Origin: Deltaproteobacteria bacterium
GTDB lineage: Bacteria; Desulfobacterota; Syntrophia; Syntrophales; Smithellaceae
Length of the DNA: 64,000 nucleotides
Assembly (NCBI GenBank): GCA_021372815.1
Contig: JAJFTS010000040.1
Span: forward strand, 2,543 to 66,542
Direction of reading: 5' to 3'
The translations under genes and the position numbers were made by a program. Below are positions 8,719 through 18,835 of this stretch, one piece after another (within the stretch, counting starts at the first letter, position 1; the number at the start of each line of letters is the position of its first letter). Below the pieces are notes generated by a model, which saw only the letters and a list, made by a program, of their open reading frames with translations, ran no database searches and was not told the DNA's origin.

Positions 8719-9565
8719 AAAATAAAATATATATTCAAAGTAAATCATAATAAAAATCGCTGATAAAAACGGTGATAGTTGGATAAATACTGAAGAGTAT
8801 TCGATAATTGCGAATGTAAATCAGGTGCGGGTTACGCAGGAAGAAAATTTCACAGGAGGAGATTCATCACTTCAATTTGGCTACGATGATATCCACTAAT
8901 TCTTTTTCCGGAGCGTTATATTGATCGACGGAGTGACCGGCAACGATAATCCATTTACGGGCAAGATAGTCTGTTTCTCTTAATTAAATATGCATTTGCA
9001 GAAAGCTGGATACTAATGTCAAAAATATTATTTGACTTTAATGAGTTGTCAGATTTCTCAAATTTCCACTAATAAATAAGGGTATTATACGGATTTTTAA
9101 TATGCTGTCATGAAAAAGAAATTGCATTGATAAATGCTTTAATATTAAATTACCAATTTCTTAAACATATATACTGCAACTTTGCGATGTTTACGTTATT
9201 ATTCAGAATCTATAAAAACAAAATTGGGTTAGGAGAAAAAAGCTGGAATGATAACATATGATCCTTACAAAGATTTTGCTGACTACGACTGGATGATTCA
9301 GAAGGACCCGGAACGGGAAGAATTGTTCATGCACGTCTTTCAAAACCATCGCATCTTCAATATGCATGACTGCGCATGAGGAACCGGCCGGCAGGAATAC
9401 GCTCATTGCTAAACTTGCCGTCCATAGTTCATCGTTATTATTGTGCACGTTAGACCTTTCAATTGGTAATCTCAATTTCATTTAGTACATGAAAGTATTG
9501 ATACCTGGGCATTAAGCGCAATTTTTAAAAAAACTACTTTGGAGATATCCTGTTTTTCTTTCAAG

Positions 9566-10897
9566 TCATGAATCTCTATGATCAAAAAGTTTCTCGCCCA
9601 GTACCCCAGTCACCCAATCGAGATGGACACGGGCAACCAGATAGTCGCGGCGGGCACGGCTCAAATTGTTCCGTGCCTGCTGAAGATTTAATTCCGCATC
9701 TTCCACATCTAGGCGCGTCTTGATCCCCAGTTCATAACCTTTTTCCGCCATCGCCAGAAGCCTTTCGGCCTGTGTTACCGTTCCGGAAATAGAACGGACC
9801 ACTTCTGCCGCTTCCTGCACGGCGCTGATGCTCTCGCGAATCTCCATGGACATCATGTCGATCAATTTAGCTTCATCGAGCTGTAAACGTCGCAATTCGC
9901 TGTTCGCCTGATCAACCCGCCCCTTGGTGCGAAGACCGTCGAACAGCGGATAGGTGAGATATATACCCGCGCTCCAGACAACACCCTTACCTTGTCCCTC
10001 TCCCTGCTCCAACCGGTTCCAACCATAAGTTCCTTTGAGATCAAGTCGTGGTTTGTTCTGGGTGGAAGCGATAGTGACGAGTTCACGGGACATGCTGATA
10101 CGGTATTTCATGTCTGCCAAATCAGGGCGTCTGTCTTTGGCTAATGCGATAGATTCTTCATAAGTCTTTTCGGGGCGGATAACTACATCTAGGTTGCCCG
10201 TCACTTCAATATCGTCGTCCAAAGCAAGATGAAAGCGCAGGCGATCTTGAGCTATCCGTATCTGGCTCTCCGTTCGAATCACATCGGGACGGGAGTTTTC
10301 TACTGTAACCTCCGCGGCAAGAACATCATAATCGGTAGCTACGCCCTCAGCATACTTTTTCCTGACCTCTATGAGGTGCCGCTTTTTCTGTTCCATATTC
10401 TGCTGGGCAAGCAAATGAAGATCCCGCATAAGCAGAACATCATAGAAAGCCGCTGCAACATCCCGTTGACTTGCCTGCTGGTAGAGCCTGAGTTGTTCGT
10501 CGGCAGACTTCAGTCCGACTTTTGCCGCTTTGACAGCCGCGCTGACCTGTCCCCATGTAAAAAGGGGTTGTGTCAGGCTGATTTGCGCTGTCTGCTTATT
10601 CACAGGATCCGCCATGTTTAAACCATATATTTCCTGGCTTTCATCACGATCACGAGCAATGTAACTAATAGCAGTTAACTGGGGAAATGCTGCAGCCCTC
10701 TCTTCTACATACTTTCCCCTGGCCCATGCGATATATTCACGGGCTTTCTGAATATCTCTGTTTCGCTCCGCGGCAATCTGCAAGGCCTGATCAAGGGTGA
10801 GTAGACGTATTTCCGCCCAAGCGGCTGTTGCCGAAGCGCATATCCAGAACAAAAGCAGAAGCAGTACGCCCGTAATTTTTACTGATGTATTTTTCAT
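9566..10897 (-). CDS. TolC-family outer-membrane efflux protein (OMF)
   Basis: Signal peptide, ~440 aa, two-repeat TolC architecture. Last gene of the MFP-RND-OMF operon. Confidence 0.9.
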   Translation of the reverse strand: MKNTSVKITGVLLLLLFWICASATAAWAEIRLLTLDQALQIAAERNRDIQKAREYIAWARGKYVEERAAAFPQLTAISYIARDRDESQEIYGLNMADPVNKQTAQISLTQPLFTWGQVSAAVKAAKVGLKSADEQLRLYQQASQRDVAAAFYDVLLMRDLHLLAQQNMEQKKRHLIEVRKKYAEGVATDYDVLAAEVTVENSRPDVIRTESQIRIAQDRLRFHLALDDDIEVTGNLDVVIRPEKTYEESIALAKDRRPDLADMKYRISMSRELVTIASTQNKPRLDLKGTYGWNRLEQGEGQGKGVVWSAGIYLTYPLFDGLRTKGRVDQANSELRRLQLDEAKLIDMMSMEIRESISAVQEAAEVVRSISGTVTQAERLLAMAEKGYELGIKTRLDVEDAELNLQQARNNLSRARRDYLVARVHLDWVTGVLGEKLFDHRDS

Positions 10898-10931
10898 TGC
10901 AATAAAAATCCTCTTTCATTTGATATTATGA

Positions 10932-13900
10932 TTAAATATGTTTGTTCATCCGAAACTCGACCCGTCCGGCCAGACGATTACCCAGATCATCAAGCAGCGT
11001 ATACACGACCGGAACAACAACCAGCGTGAGAACCGTGGACGTAAGAAGTCCGCCGATGACGCCTCTGGCCATCGGCGCTCGCATTTCCGCGCCTGCTCCC
11101 ACCGCCAGGGCAAGCGGTAGCATGCCGAAAATCATGGACAGAGTTGTCATGACAATCGGACGGAGCCGTGTCCGTCCGGCCGTAATAACGGCTTTCCTCC
11201 TGTCCATGCCTTTTTGCCGAAGCGATTTGGCGCAGTCAACGAGGAGAATGGCATTTTTAGTTACCAGTCCCATGAGCATGATCAGACCGATGAGCGATAT
11301 GATATTGAGCGTATCGCCGGTTAAAAACAGCATGCCCGCCATCCCGACGACGGACAGCGGCAGTGAAAGCATGATGGACAGCGGATCCAGAAAAGATTCG
11401 AACTGGGCGGCAAGGATAAAAAAGACAAAGAGCACCGCCAGGACAAGTGCCTCGGCAATGTATCCGAAAGATTCTTCCATGTCCGCCGTTTCACCGGAAA
11501 ACACTACTTTGTAACCGGGTGCCATGGCCAGTTTATCCGCGGCCTTTTGCACCTTCTCCACGGCTGTGCTTAGGGGTACATTGTGCAAATTGGCGCTGAT
11601 GGAAACCTGGCGGATAAGGTCCTGGTGGTTAATCTCCAGAGGCGTGGCATGGGCCTCGTAAGAAACGAAATTTGCCAGAGGCAACAAGACGGGTGTTCCG
11701 TTTTGGCTCATGACCGGAAGCTGCAGATTCAGTACCTGATCAGGACTTCTCCGGAGATCCTCCGGCAGTCTAGCCCGTATATCCACGGCATCGCCGTCCT
11801 CATCTTCATATGTCGAGACTACCTCGCCACCGACAAGGGCTCCGATGTTGCGTACGATGGCATCGGTCATCACCCCGGCGCTTTGCGCCCTTTCGTGATC
11901 TACCGTAAACCTGTATTCCGGCATGTCATGCTCCAGGCTGATTTCAATATCCTTGATTCCCGGCATGCGGTACATTTCCTCCCGCAACTGTAACGCGTAG
12001 GCCTTGAGTTTGGCCGTATCGTTGCCGCGGATATTAACGAGAAGTGGTTTCTGATTTCCCGCCGTATTATCAACTTCCTCAATGGAAGTGATGACGCCCG
12101 GTATTCCCGCAAGGTGCTGCCGAAAATCCTGCTGTATCTCATTCTGATGGCGTTTCCGCATTTTCCGGTCCTTAAGCTTCACATAAAGGAATCCGCTGCG
12201 AACCGTTCCCTCGTCTCCGGCGCCGACGCTGGCATAAGTATGCTCAACCTCGGGGATATTCTTGATTGCTGATAAAATTGCCTCCAAGCGATCTTTACTT
12301 TCCATAAGCGATGCGTCTGGAGACGTTTTAAAAGAGACGCGAAATTCGCCTGTGTCGCCTCGGGGAAAGAACGCCGATTCCAAGGAAGAAAACGCCGCCA
12401 CTCCGCCGATAAAAGCGATCACAGCAATGACAACAATCGTTAAACGGTGATCAAGTGACCAGCCGATGATGCGGCGGTAACTGTCTGCCATCCGTTCAAA
12501 TCCATCGTTGAAATTCTCCAGAATACGCGCCAATCCTAGTCTTCTGCCTTTGTTGACTACGGCCGGATCGCTCCAGCGCGAAGAAAGCATGGGGTCCAGC
12601 GTAAAAGACACAAAAAGCGAAACAAGCACGGCAAAAGCGACGGTAATGCCGAACTGAAAGAAAAACCTTCCAACATGTCCCTTCATGAAAGCCACAGGCA
12701 CAAAAACCGCGACAATGCTGAGCGTTGTCGCGAGAACAGCAAGCCCTATCTCGCTCGTTCCGTTCCTTGCCGCGGTGATGTGATCTTCACCTTGTTCCAG
12801 ATGACGGACGATATTTTCCCGGACGACGATGGCATCGTCAATCAAAAGTCCGATGGCTAGAGACAGGGCCATCATGGTCATCATGTTCAGTGACATGCCG
12901 AGAACCTTCATGACTATGAAGGAAGAAATTACCGAAATGGGCAGCGTCAGTCCCGTGATCACAGTGGAACGCCAGGAATTCATAAATAAAAATACTATGA
13001 AGATGGTAAAAATGGCACCCAGAATCAGCGTTTGTCGCACGTCCTGCAGCGATTCGCGGACAAAAACGGAACCGTCGCGGACAATGCTGAGCTTCATTCC
13101 CGGCGGCATTTCCTTTTGCAGTTGGGCCGCCGTTTTCTTGACGGCATCGACGACTTCCACTGTGTTGACCCCCGACTGTTTAAGCACATCGAGGGAAACG
13201 GCGGGAACGCCGTTCACCAGTGCCAGCGAACGTTGTTCCTCTGCTCCGTCGATAACTTCGGCAACTTCGGAAAGGACAATCGGCCTTCCGGAACGCTCAG
13301 CAACGACCATATTCCGGAATCCTTCAACACGTTCGGGCTTTCCTGAAATACGGATATTATATTCGCTTTCCCCCCGGTTGAGTCGGCCCAGCGGCGAGTT
13401 GACATTTTCGGAACGAAGACCATTCAGAACAGCGTCAATACTCAGGCCCAGGGCGGAAAGTTTTTCCGGCCGGACAATCACATTCACTTCCCGTTTCGAT
13501 TCCCCCACAAGGTTCACCTTGCCGACACCGGTAATTCCTTCAAAGTGCCGCTTGATATTTTTTTCGACAAAGACCGTTATATCCCTGGGCGAAAGTGTTT
13601 GCGATTGCACCGCCAGTGAAATAACCGGCACGGAGTTGAAATCCATCTTCTGAATGATGGGTTCCTCAACGCCCTTGGGAAGATCTCCCCGGATCGCGGC
13701 GATCTTTGCTCTGGCTTCCTGAGTAACATCGTTTAATTTTTCCTCGAGACGAAATTCGACGATGACCGTGGAGTAACCTTCACGCGAATAGGAATAGATG
13801 TGCTTGACCCCGGAGATGGAGTTAACACCTTCCTCAATGGGCTTGGTGATTTCCTTCTCTACGCTTTCGGGGGAAACGCCGGGATACTTCGTAATGATGG

Positions 13901-14036
13901 AAATAACCGGTATTTCAACATTCGGATATGTATCAACCGAAAGCCAGCGGTACGAGAATATTCCCACTGTCATCAAGACAAGGCATATGACCGTGGCGAA
14001 TACGGGACGCTTGATGGAAAGATCGGAAATAATCAT
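10932..14036 (-). CDS. RND (AcrB/HAE1-type) efflux transporter permease
   Basis: 1034 aa. Typical N-terminus [10 protein letters not shown] and 12-TM/two-large-loop organisation. ATGA overlap with the MFP gene at 14033-14036. Confidence 0.95.
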   Translation of the reverse strand: MIISDLSIKRPVFATVICLVLMTVGIFSYRWLSVDTYPNVEIPVISIITKYPGVSPESVEKEITKPIEEGVNSISGVKHIYSYSREGYSTVIVEFRLEEKLNDVTQEARAKIAAIRGDLPKGVEEPIIQKMDFNSVPVISLAVQSQTLSPRDITVFVEKNIKRHFEGITGVGKVNLVGESKREVNVIVRPEKLSALGLSIDAVLNGLRSENVNSPLGRLNRGESEYNIRISGKPERVEGFRNMVVAERSGRPIVLSEVAEVIDGAEEQRSLALVNGVPAVSLDVLKQSGVNTVEVVDAVKKTAAQLQKEMPPGMKLSIVRDGSVFVRESLQDVRQTLILGAIFTIFIVFLFMNSWRSTVITGLTLPISVISSFIVMKVLGMSLNMMTMMALSLAIGLLIDDAIVVRENIVRHLEQGEDHITAARNGTSEIGLAVLATTLSIVAVFVPVAFMKGHVGRFFFQFGITVAFAVLVSLFVSFTLDPMLSSRWSDPAVVNKGRRLGLARILENFNDGFERMADSYRRIIGWSLDHRLTIVVIAVIAFIGGVAAFSSLESAFFPRGDTGEFRVSFKTSPDASLMESKDRLEAILSAIKNIPEVEHTYASVGAGDEGTVRSGFLYVKLKDRKMRKRHQNEIQQDFRQHLAGIPGVITSIEEVDNTAGNQKPLLVNIRGNDTAKLKAYALQLREEMYRMPGIKDIEISLEHDMPEYRFTVDHERAQSAGVMTDAIVRNIGALVGGEVVSTYEDEDGDAVDIRARLPEDLRRSPDQVLNLQLPVMSQNGTPVLLPLANFVSYEAHATPLEINHQDLIRQVSISANLHNVPLSTAVEKVQKAADKLAMAPGYKVVFSGETADMEESFGYIAEALVLAVLFVFFILAAQFESFLDPLSIMLSLPLSVVGMAGMLFLTGDTLNIISLIGLIMLMGLVTKNAILLVDCAKSLRQKGMDRRKAVITAGRTRLRPIVMTTLSMIFGMLPLALAVGAGAEMRAPMARGVIGGLLTSTVLTLVVVPVVYTLLDDLGNRLAGRVEFRMNKHI

Positions 14037-15238
14037 GATGCCTGTCCTTTTTTCAGAGAGGATATGATGAGGCGGTCCCCTTCTCTGACATTAAAGCCGC
14101 TCTTGACGATATATGTCTCGCCAGGTTTCAGCCCCTGTGTTATCTCCACTCCGTCCTGTGTTGCGATGCCTGTAGACACTTCGCGAATCCGTGCCCGGTC
14201 GCCCTCGACCACGATCAGTCTCGCTTTTTTACCAGAGACATCCCAGCCGAATATAGCGGTCCTCGGCACCTGAACAATGCCTTTACGAATTCCCGTCATA
14301 ATGCACCCTTTGACAAAAAGACCTCCCTTGAGTTCATTCGACGAATTGTTCACATCGGCAATCACCTTTACGGAGCGATCCGTTTCGCTGACGGCGGGGT
14401 TGATAAACATGACCTTTCCCGAAAACGATCGGCCGGGTAACGCGTCTGTCGTAAACTCAAGGATTTGCCCACGACGCAATCCGGCCATGCCGCCTGAAGG
14501 CACGGTCATGGTGAGATACAGTATACGGTTGTCGACAATATGAAAAAGGGGAACGCCGGAACCGGGCTCTCCGACAAGATCGCCGACATTGATGCGACGT
14601 TCGGATACAATTCCGTCCATCGGCGCGGTCAGAAGTCCCTTGGCCATGCGGGTCTTTATTTGATTCAGTTCTTCACCTGCGGCGCGTTCCTGTGCCCGGG
14701 CTGCCTCGACATGGGCCGCTGCGGCTTCCACCTCCGATCCGGCATCGTCGAGGCTTTGCCGCGTCGCGAGACCGGCATCCTTCAGTTTTTTCATCCTTTC
14801 CAATTCACGTCGGGCGCGGTTTTCCGCGACTACTGCCTGCAACCGCGATGCCTTGGCCGATTCCAAGGCAGCCACCGCTCTTTTAACGAGTGATTCCTCC
14901 TCTCTTGTATCGACCTGTGCCAGAGGACTGCCTTTTTTTACCTGGACCCATTCCGTAACGTAGACTTTTTTGACAACGCCCGTAATTTCCGATTTTACAT
15001 CCACTTCATATTTTGGCTTGAGCGTTCCCGTGACCTCTATTCTCTGTGCCAGGTCTCCGGCTTCAGCTACGGCAGCATCCACGGCAACAGCTAGTCGTGC
15101 GTCCTTCTCCTCGCTTTTACCAGCCGTATCACCTCTTTGGCAGCCCGTGAATAAAACAAGTAACATCAGCCCGACCGCACATAATGCCATCAGCCCTTCC
15201 CGGGTTGTCAAATGATTGTATTGAAGCATACGTTCCAT
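14033..15238 (-). CDS. RND efflux periplasmic adaptor (MFP/HlyD family) lipoprotein
   Basis: Lipobox LFTGC, a coiled-coil hairpin region, and beta-barrel/MP domains. AAGGAGGA SD. Confidence 0.93.
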   Translation of the reverse strand: MERMLQYNHLTTREGLMALCAVGLMLLVLFTGCQRGDTAGKSEEKDARLAVAVDAAVAEAGDLAQRIEVTGTLKPKYEVDVKSEITGVVKKVYVTEWVQVKKGSPLAQVDTREEESLVKRAVAALESAKASRLQAVVAENRARRELERMKKLKDAGLATRQSLDDAGSEVEAAAAHVEAARAQERAAGEELNQIKTRMAKGLLTAPMDGIVSERRINVGDLVGEPGSGVPLFHIVDNRILYLTMTVPSGGMAGLRRGQILEFTTDALPGRSFSGKVMFINPAVSETDRSVKVIADVNNSSNELKGGLFVKGCIMTGIRKGIVQVPRTAIFGWDVSGKKARLIVVEGDRARIREVSTGIATQDGVEITQGLKPGETYIVKSGFNVREGDRLIISSLKKGQAS

Positions 15239-15325
15239 CGTGATCCTCCTTGTTTTTCAACGCTGTTTCCGTGTAATATGTTTTATTAATTAGTTCGCCA
15301 AAACTAACTATTAATGCAAAAAAAA

Positions 15326-15745
15326 TTATATCTTTGAGACCACTTTATTAAAAAGCGAAATCAGTGTTGCCAAGTCCTTGCTGCTCAGATTTTTTCCGAA
15401 AAATTCCGCTATTTTTTTGTGTGTTTCGTCATGCATTTGAACAACCTTTTTCCCCTTGTCCGAAAGATGAACGTGAAATGAACGCCGGTCTTCATCCGAT
15501 TGGATTTTCTTGATGTAGCCCTTCTCTGTCATTTTATCCACAATTGCTGTTACAGAAGGTTTGCTTATATTTAGAGCTTTCGCGATCTCTCCCAGATTCG
15601 GATTGCCGAGTTTGTTTATCACTTCGATATATTCGATTTGGCGCGCAGTAAAACCGTCTTCCGCATATTTTTGAATAAACTCCATATCCCAGTCGCCGAT
15701 GCGCTGGGTTATAATTTCGATCAACTCTACAAGGGAATAAGGCAT
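15326..15745 (-). CDS. MarR-family transcriptional regulator
   Basis: 139 aa. wHTH LGEIAKALNISKPSVTAIVDKMTEKGYIKKIQSDEDRRSFHVHLSDKGKK. Confidence 0.9.
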   Translation of the reverse strand: MPYSLVELIEIITQRIGDWDMEFIQKYAEDGFTARQIEYIEVINKLGNPNLGEIAKALNISKPSVTAIVDKMTEKGYIKKIQSDEDRRSFHVHLSDKGKKVVQMHDETHKKIAEFFGKNLSSKDLATLISLFNKVVSKI

Positions 15746-15760
15746 ATATCCTCTCTTATG

Positions 15761-15779
15761 ATTAGTTAGTATGAACTAA
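15761..15779. promoter_or_regulatory. operator-like inverted repeat TTAGTT-N6-AACTAA containing the 12-mer ATTAGTTAGTAT
   Basis: Lies 15 nt upstream of the MarR start codon. The identical 12-mer is found 16 nt upstream of the second MarR gene (31201-31212). A related imperfect repeat lies at 15285-15315. Confidence 0.45.
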
Positions 15780-16170
15780 ATATATCTTTGAATAATGATT
15801 GTCAAGAAAAAATTATCATGTCTTTAGAGTTGTTTTTCGGACGAAAATTTCCAGTTTTTAAAGATGGTTAATGTTGTGTATTTTTTCTTCCTTAAAAGAA
15901 GGAATATATGTTGGTAATTAAATGTTGTATTTCCTGTACTCTCGCAGGTTGCTATAGAATGCAGACAGGATTTTGATCTTTATTAGCAGAAAATATTTAG
16001 CGGTGAAAGTTCATTAGTCTTGATTTTGTCAACGTGATTTTCTCTTTTTATTTTTCTCGACTTAATATAAATTTGTTTAAATTTTCTGAAAATGCCCATG
16101 AGTGACGTTAATTGCTGCGGGTCAAGACAAATATAATAATTCATGGTATTAACAGGACAAGGAGCAAGCA

Positions 16171-17067
16171 ATGCCTCATGTAAAAGCTAACGGAATTCAA
16201 ATTGAGTATGATGCTTTCGGTGACAGTTCTTTCCCCGCATTATTATTAATTGCGGGAAACGGAGCCCAGACAATCTTCTGGGATGCTGAGTTCTGCGAAT
16301 CATTGGCAAAAACAGGCCTTTATGTAATTCGTTTTGACAACCGGGATGCCGGCCTTTCAACAAAATTTGGTAAAGCAGGAATTCCAGACTTTATGGCTGC
16401 AGTCAGATCCGCCATGGCAGGCAAACCTGTGGAATCACCATATTCTCTTGACGATATGGCGGATGATGCCGTCGGTTTGCTCACTGCTTTAGGCCTTGAG
16501 AAGGCGCATATCTGCGGCGCTTCCATGGGCGGTATGATAGCTCAGATTATCGCCTATCGGCATCCGAAACATGTTCTGAGTCTGATTTCAATAATGTCGA
16601 CCACAGGAAATCCCGCGCTTCCGCAGGGAAAGCCGGAGACAATAGCCGCTGTTCTCGCGCCTGCACCGGAGGAGCGTGAAGCCTATGTTGAACACAATCT
16701 GAATGTATGGCGGAAGATCTGGAGTCCCGGATTTCCATTTGAGGAAGAAAGAGCCCGGACGTTCATAGAGAACAGTTATGACCGTTCCTATTACCCGCAG
16801 GGAGCGATACGTCAAAACATAGCTATTATTGCTTGCGGCGATCGAAGACCGCTGCTTTCAACTGTTCAAGTTCCAACACTTGTAATTCATGGGGCTGATG
16901 ATCCGCTGATACCGGTCGAAGGAGGAAAAGATACAGCCCGGGTGGTACCGGGAGCAAGTTTATTGATCATTAATGGAATGGGACATGATATGCCCAAAGG
17001 GGTTTGGACGGAAATGATAAATGCCATTTCTAAGCATGCTGTCCAAGCCCATGGTCAAAACAAATAG
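16171..17067 (+). CDS. alpha/beta-fold hydrolase
   Basis: Nucleophile elbow GASMGG and a C-terminal GHDMP (catalytic His context). AAGGAG SD. Confidence 0.9.
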   Translation: MPHVKANGIQIEYDAFGDSSFPALLLIAGNGAQTIFWDAEFCESLAKTGLYVIRFDNRDAGLSTKFGKAGIPDFMAAVRSAMAGKPVESPYSLDDMADDAVGLLTALGLEKAHICGASMGGMIAQIIAYRHPKHVLSLISIMSTTGNPALPQGKPETIAAVLAPAPEEREAYVEHNLNVWRKIWSPGFPFEEERARTFIENSYDRSYYPQGAIRQNIAIIACGDRRPLLSTVQVPTLVIHGADDPLIPVEGGKDTARVVPGASLLIINGMGHDMPKGVWTEMINAISKHAVQAHGQNK

Positions 17068-17106
17068 AAATAAATGCGTCCGAATTAAAGGGACATTACA
17101 CTCAAT

Positions 17107-17223
17107 TCAATCTTTGCTTCCCGCGATTTTTTTGGCCAGTTTCTTCTGGAACTCCGGGTTGCCCTGACGGAGAATGGTGATGTGCAGCACCGGTATCGTC
17201 GGCGCGATTAAAAGGTGTGACAT
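17107..17223 (-). pseudogene. 3'-terminal remnant of a third AbfD-family gene (last ~25 codons recognisable)
   Basis: The minus-strand translation ...HITILRQGNPEFQKKLAKKIAGSKD* aligns with the C-terminus RIMISRQGNLEHKKKLAKDIAGINETR* of the gene at 19554-21011. Colinear identical DNA blocks: 17131-17145 = 19584-19598 and 17157-17166 = 19610-19619. Confidence 0.6.
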
Positions 17224-17272
17224 ATGAGCAGACGGCGGGTTTATCCGCCGCCTGCCCGGTGTTTAATTTCTG

Positions 17273-18835
17273 TTAACCCCAGTTCTTCTCCGCCGCCGCA
17301 TTCTGTCCGGCAATCCGGCCGAAGACCAGGCAATCAAGAGTTGCGCAGCTGCCCAGCCGCACGGCACCGTGCACGCCGCCGGTAACTTCACCAGCACCGT
17401 ACAGTCCCGGAATAGGCTGATCGGTCATAATATCCAGAGCCTGGGCCTTGACATTGATGTTCAGACCACCCATCGTGTGATGGACTTTCGGCGTGAGCCG
17501 CAAAGCGTACCAGGGGCCGGGCCCCAACGGCTGTTGATTTTTCTGCATATATCTGCCCCATTCTTCGTCTTTGTTGGCCAGGACTCCCTTGTTGAATTTT
17601 TCGATGGTTTCCTTCAAGGGCTCGATGGGGCAGTTATACGCCGCGGCCATTTGCTCCAGCGTATCGTATTTTTTCACAACACCTCTTTCGATCAGGGGAG
17701 GGAGCGACTCGGCGATTAATTTAAGGCCGATGGCGTAACCATTGGCATCCGTGAAGGCGATGCATTTATTACCCACGCGGATAATGGCGTCGGCGCGAAT
17801 TTTGCGGTCGGCAAGTTCGTTGACAAAACGTTTGCCTGTTTTTGTATCGACCCACAGACCGTACATGGCGCAGCAGAGCTGCGCGAAGAAGGGCGCAAGT
17901 CCCATTCCTTTTTCATCGGGGCTTCCCCAGGGGCCCAGTTGAATCCAGGATAACTGCACAGGCGTGCAGCCGATGCGGAAGGATTCCCGCAATGCTTCTC
18001 CGGTGGCGCCGGGCTGATTGGTGCTTGGGAACTCGGCCACCAGCCGCGGATCCTGAATGGTCCGGAAAGCGATATCGTTGCCGAATCCGCCCGAGGCCAT
18101 CACCACTGCTTTTCTGGCTTTGATGTTCTTGATCTTTCCGCTCGCGGCGTCCGGGAAAACGTATTTTTCACGAATCTGAACACCCTTCACTCTTCCGTCG
18201 CCGTCCCGGTATATCTGGGTCAGTAAAGTCCGTGTCTTCGGTTGCACTCCGAGTTCCTTCAATTTGAGCAATTGCTGTTGAACGATGGCCGAACCGCTCT
18301 GATTGTATGTGCTGTACATTCTGGGAACGGAGTGCCCGCCTTCCTGAGACAGTTTGTCTTTGTATTTGACACCCAGTTCATTGATGGTCCATTGAACAGT
18401 TTCATTTGATTTGTAAGCAACCATCTTGGCGAGTTCGATATGGTTTAAATGCAGACCTGCCGTCAGCATGTCCTGAAGCAGCAGTTCCGACGAATCCTTA
18501 ATCCCTTCTTTTTCTTCCAGAGGGGATCCGGCCGCCGAGACGACGCCTCCATTGATGATCGAATTTCCGCCAGGTGTGGGCATTTTTTCCAGAATGACCA
18601 CGGAGGCTCCGGCTTTCTTTGCCTCGTATGCGGCGGCAAGCCCCGCAAAGCCGCTGCCAACGACCACAACATCATACGTTTCATCCCATTTTTTCGGCAG
18701 TGTCGCAGCTTCGGCTGTCCAGGGCTTTAACGTCAACCCGGTCGTGGCCAGCCCTGCGACGGCCGCCGTTCCGCCGGCTGTCTTTAAAAAGTGACGTCTG
18801 CTCAATGTTTTTGCGTGCTGATTAGCTTCTGTCAT
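17273..18835 (-). CDS. Tat-exported FAD-dependent reductase of the flavocytochrome c / soluble fumarate reductase flavoprotein family
   Basis: Twin-arginine signal SRRHFLKTAGGTAAVAGLA. FAD motif VVVVGSGFAGLAAAYEAKKAG. Active-site region HHTMGG. AAGGAG lies 7 nt before ATG 18835; the ORF-track TTG at 18856 is less likely. Confidence 0.9.
   Translation of the reverse strand: MTEANQHAKTLSRRHFLKTAGGTAAVAGLATTGLTLKPWTAEAATLPKKWDETYDVVVVGSGFAGLAAAYEAKKAGASVVILEKMPTPGGNSIINGGVVSAAGSPLEEKEGIKDSSELLLQDMLTAGLHLNHIELAKMVAYKSNETVQWTINELGVKYKDKLSQEGGHSVPRMYSTYNQSGSAIVQQQLLKLKELGVQPKTRTLLTQIYRDGDGRVKGVQIREKYVFPDAASGKIKNIKARKAVVMASGGFGNDIAFRTIQDPRLVAEFPSTNQPGATGEALRESFRIGCTPVQLSWIQLGPWGSPDEKGMGLAPFFAQLCCAMYGLWVDTKTGKRFVNELADRKIRADAIIRVGNKCIAFTDANGYAIGLKLIAESLPPLIERGVVKKYDTLEQMAAAYNCPIEPLKETIEKFNKGVLANKDEEWGRYMQKNQQPLGPGPWYALRLTPKVHHTMGGLNINVKAQALDIMTDQPIPGLYGAGEVTGGVHGAVRLGSCATLDCLVFGRIAGQNAAAEKNWG

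Noticed and set aside
9377-9412. Possible selenocysteine read-through of the TGA ending the 43-codon ORF (would give ...HDCA-U-GTGRQEYAHC*).
   Set aside because: - No convincing SECIS-like hairpin follows the TGA at the right distance.
- C-A-U is not a typical CxxU/UxxC redox motif.
- The ORF itself is doubtful.
9203-9481. 92-aa minus-strand ORF in the long spacer.
   Set aside because: - It has no SD and a hydrophobic/aromatic low-complexity tail.
- It overlaps a more protein-like small plus-strand ORF.
- It is treated as non-coding.
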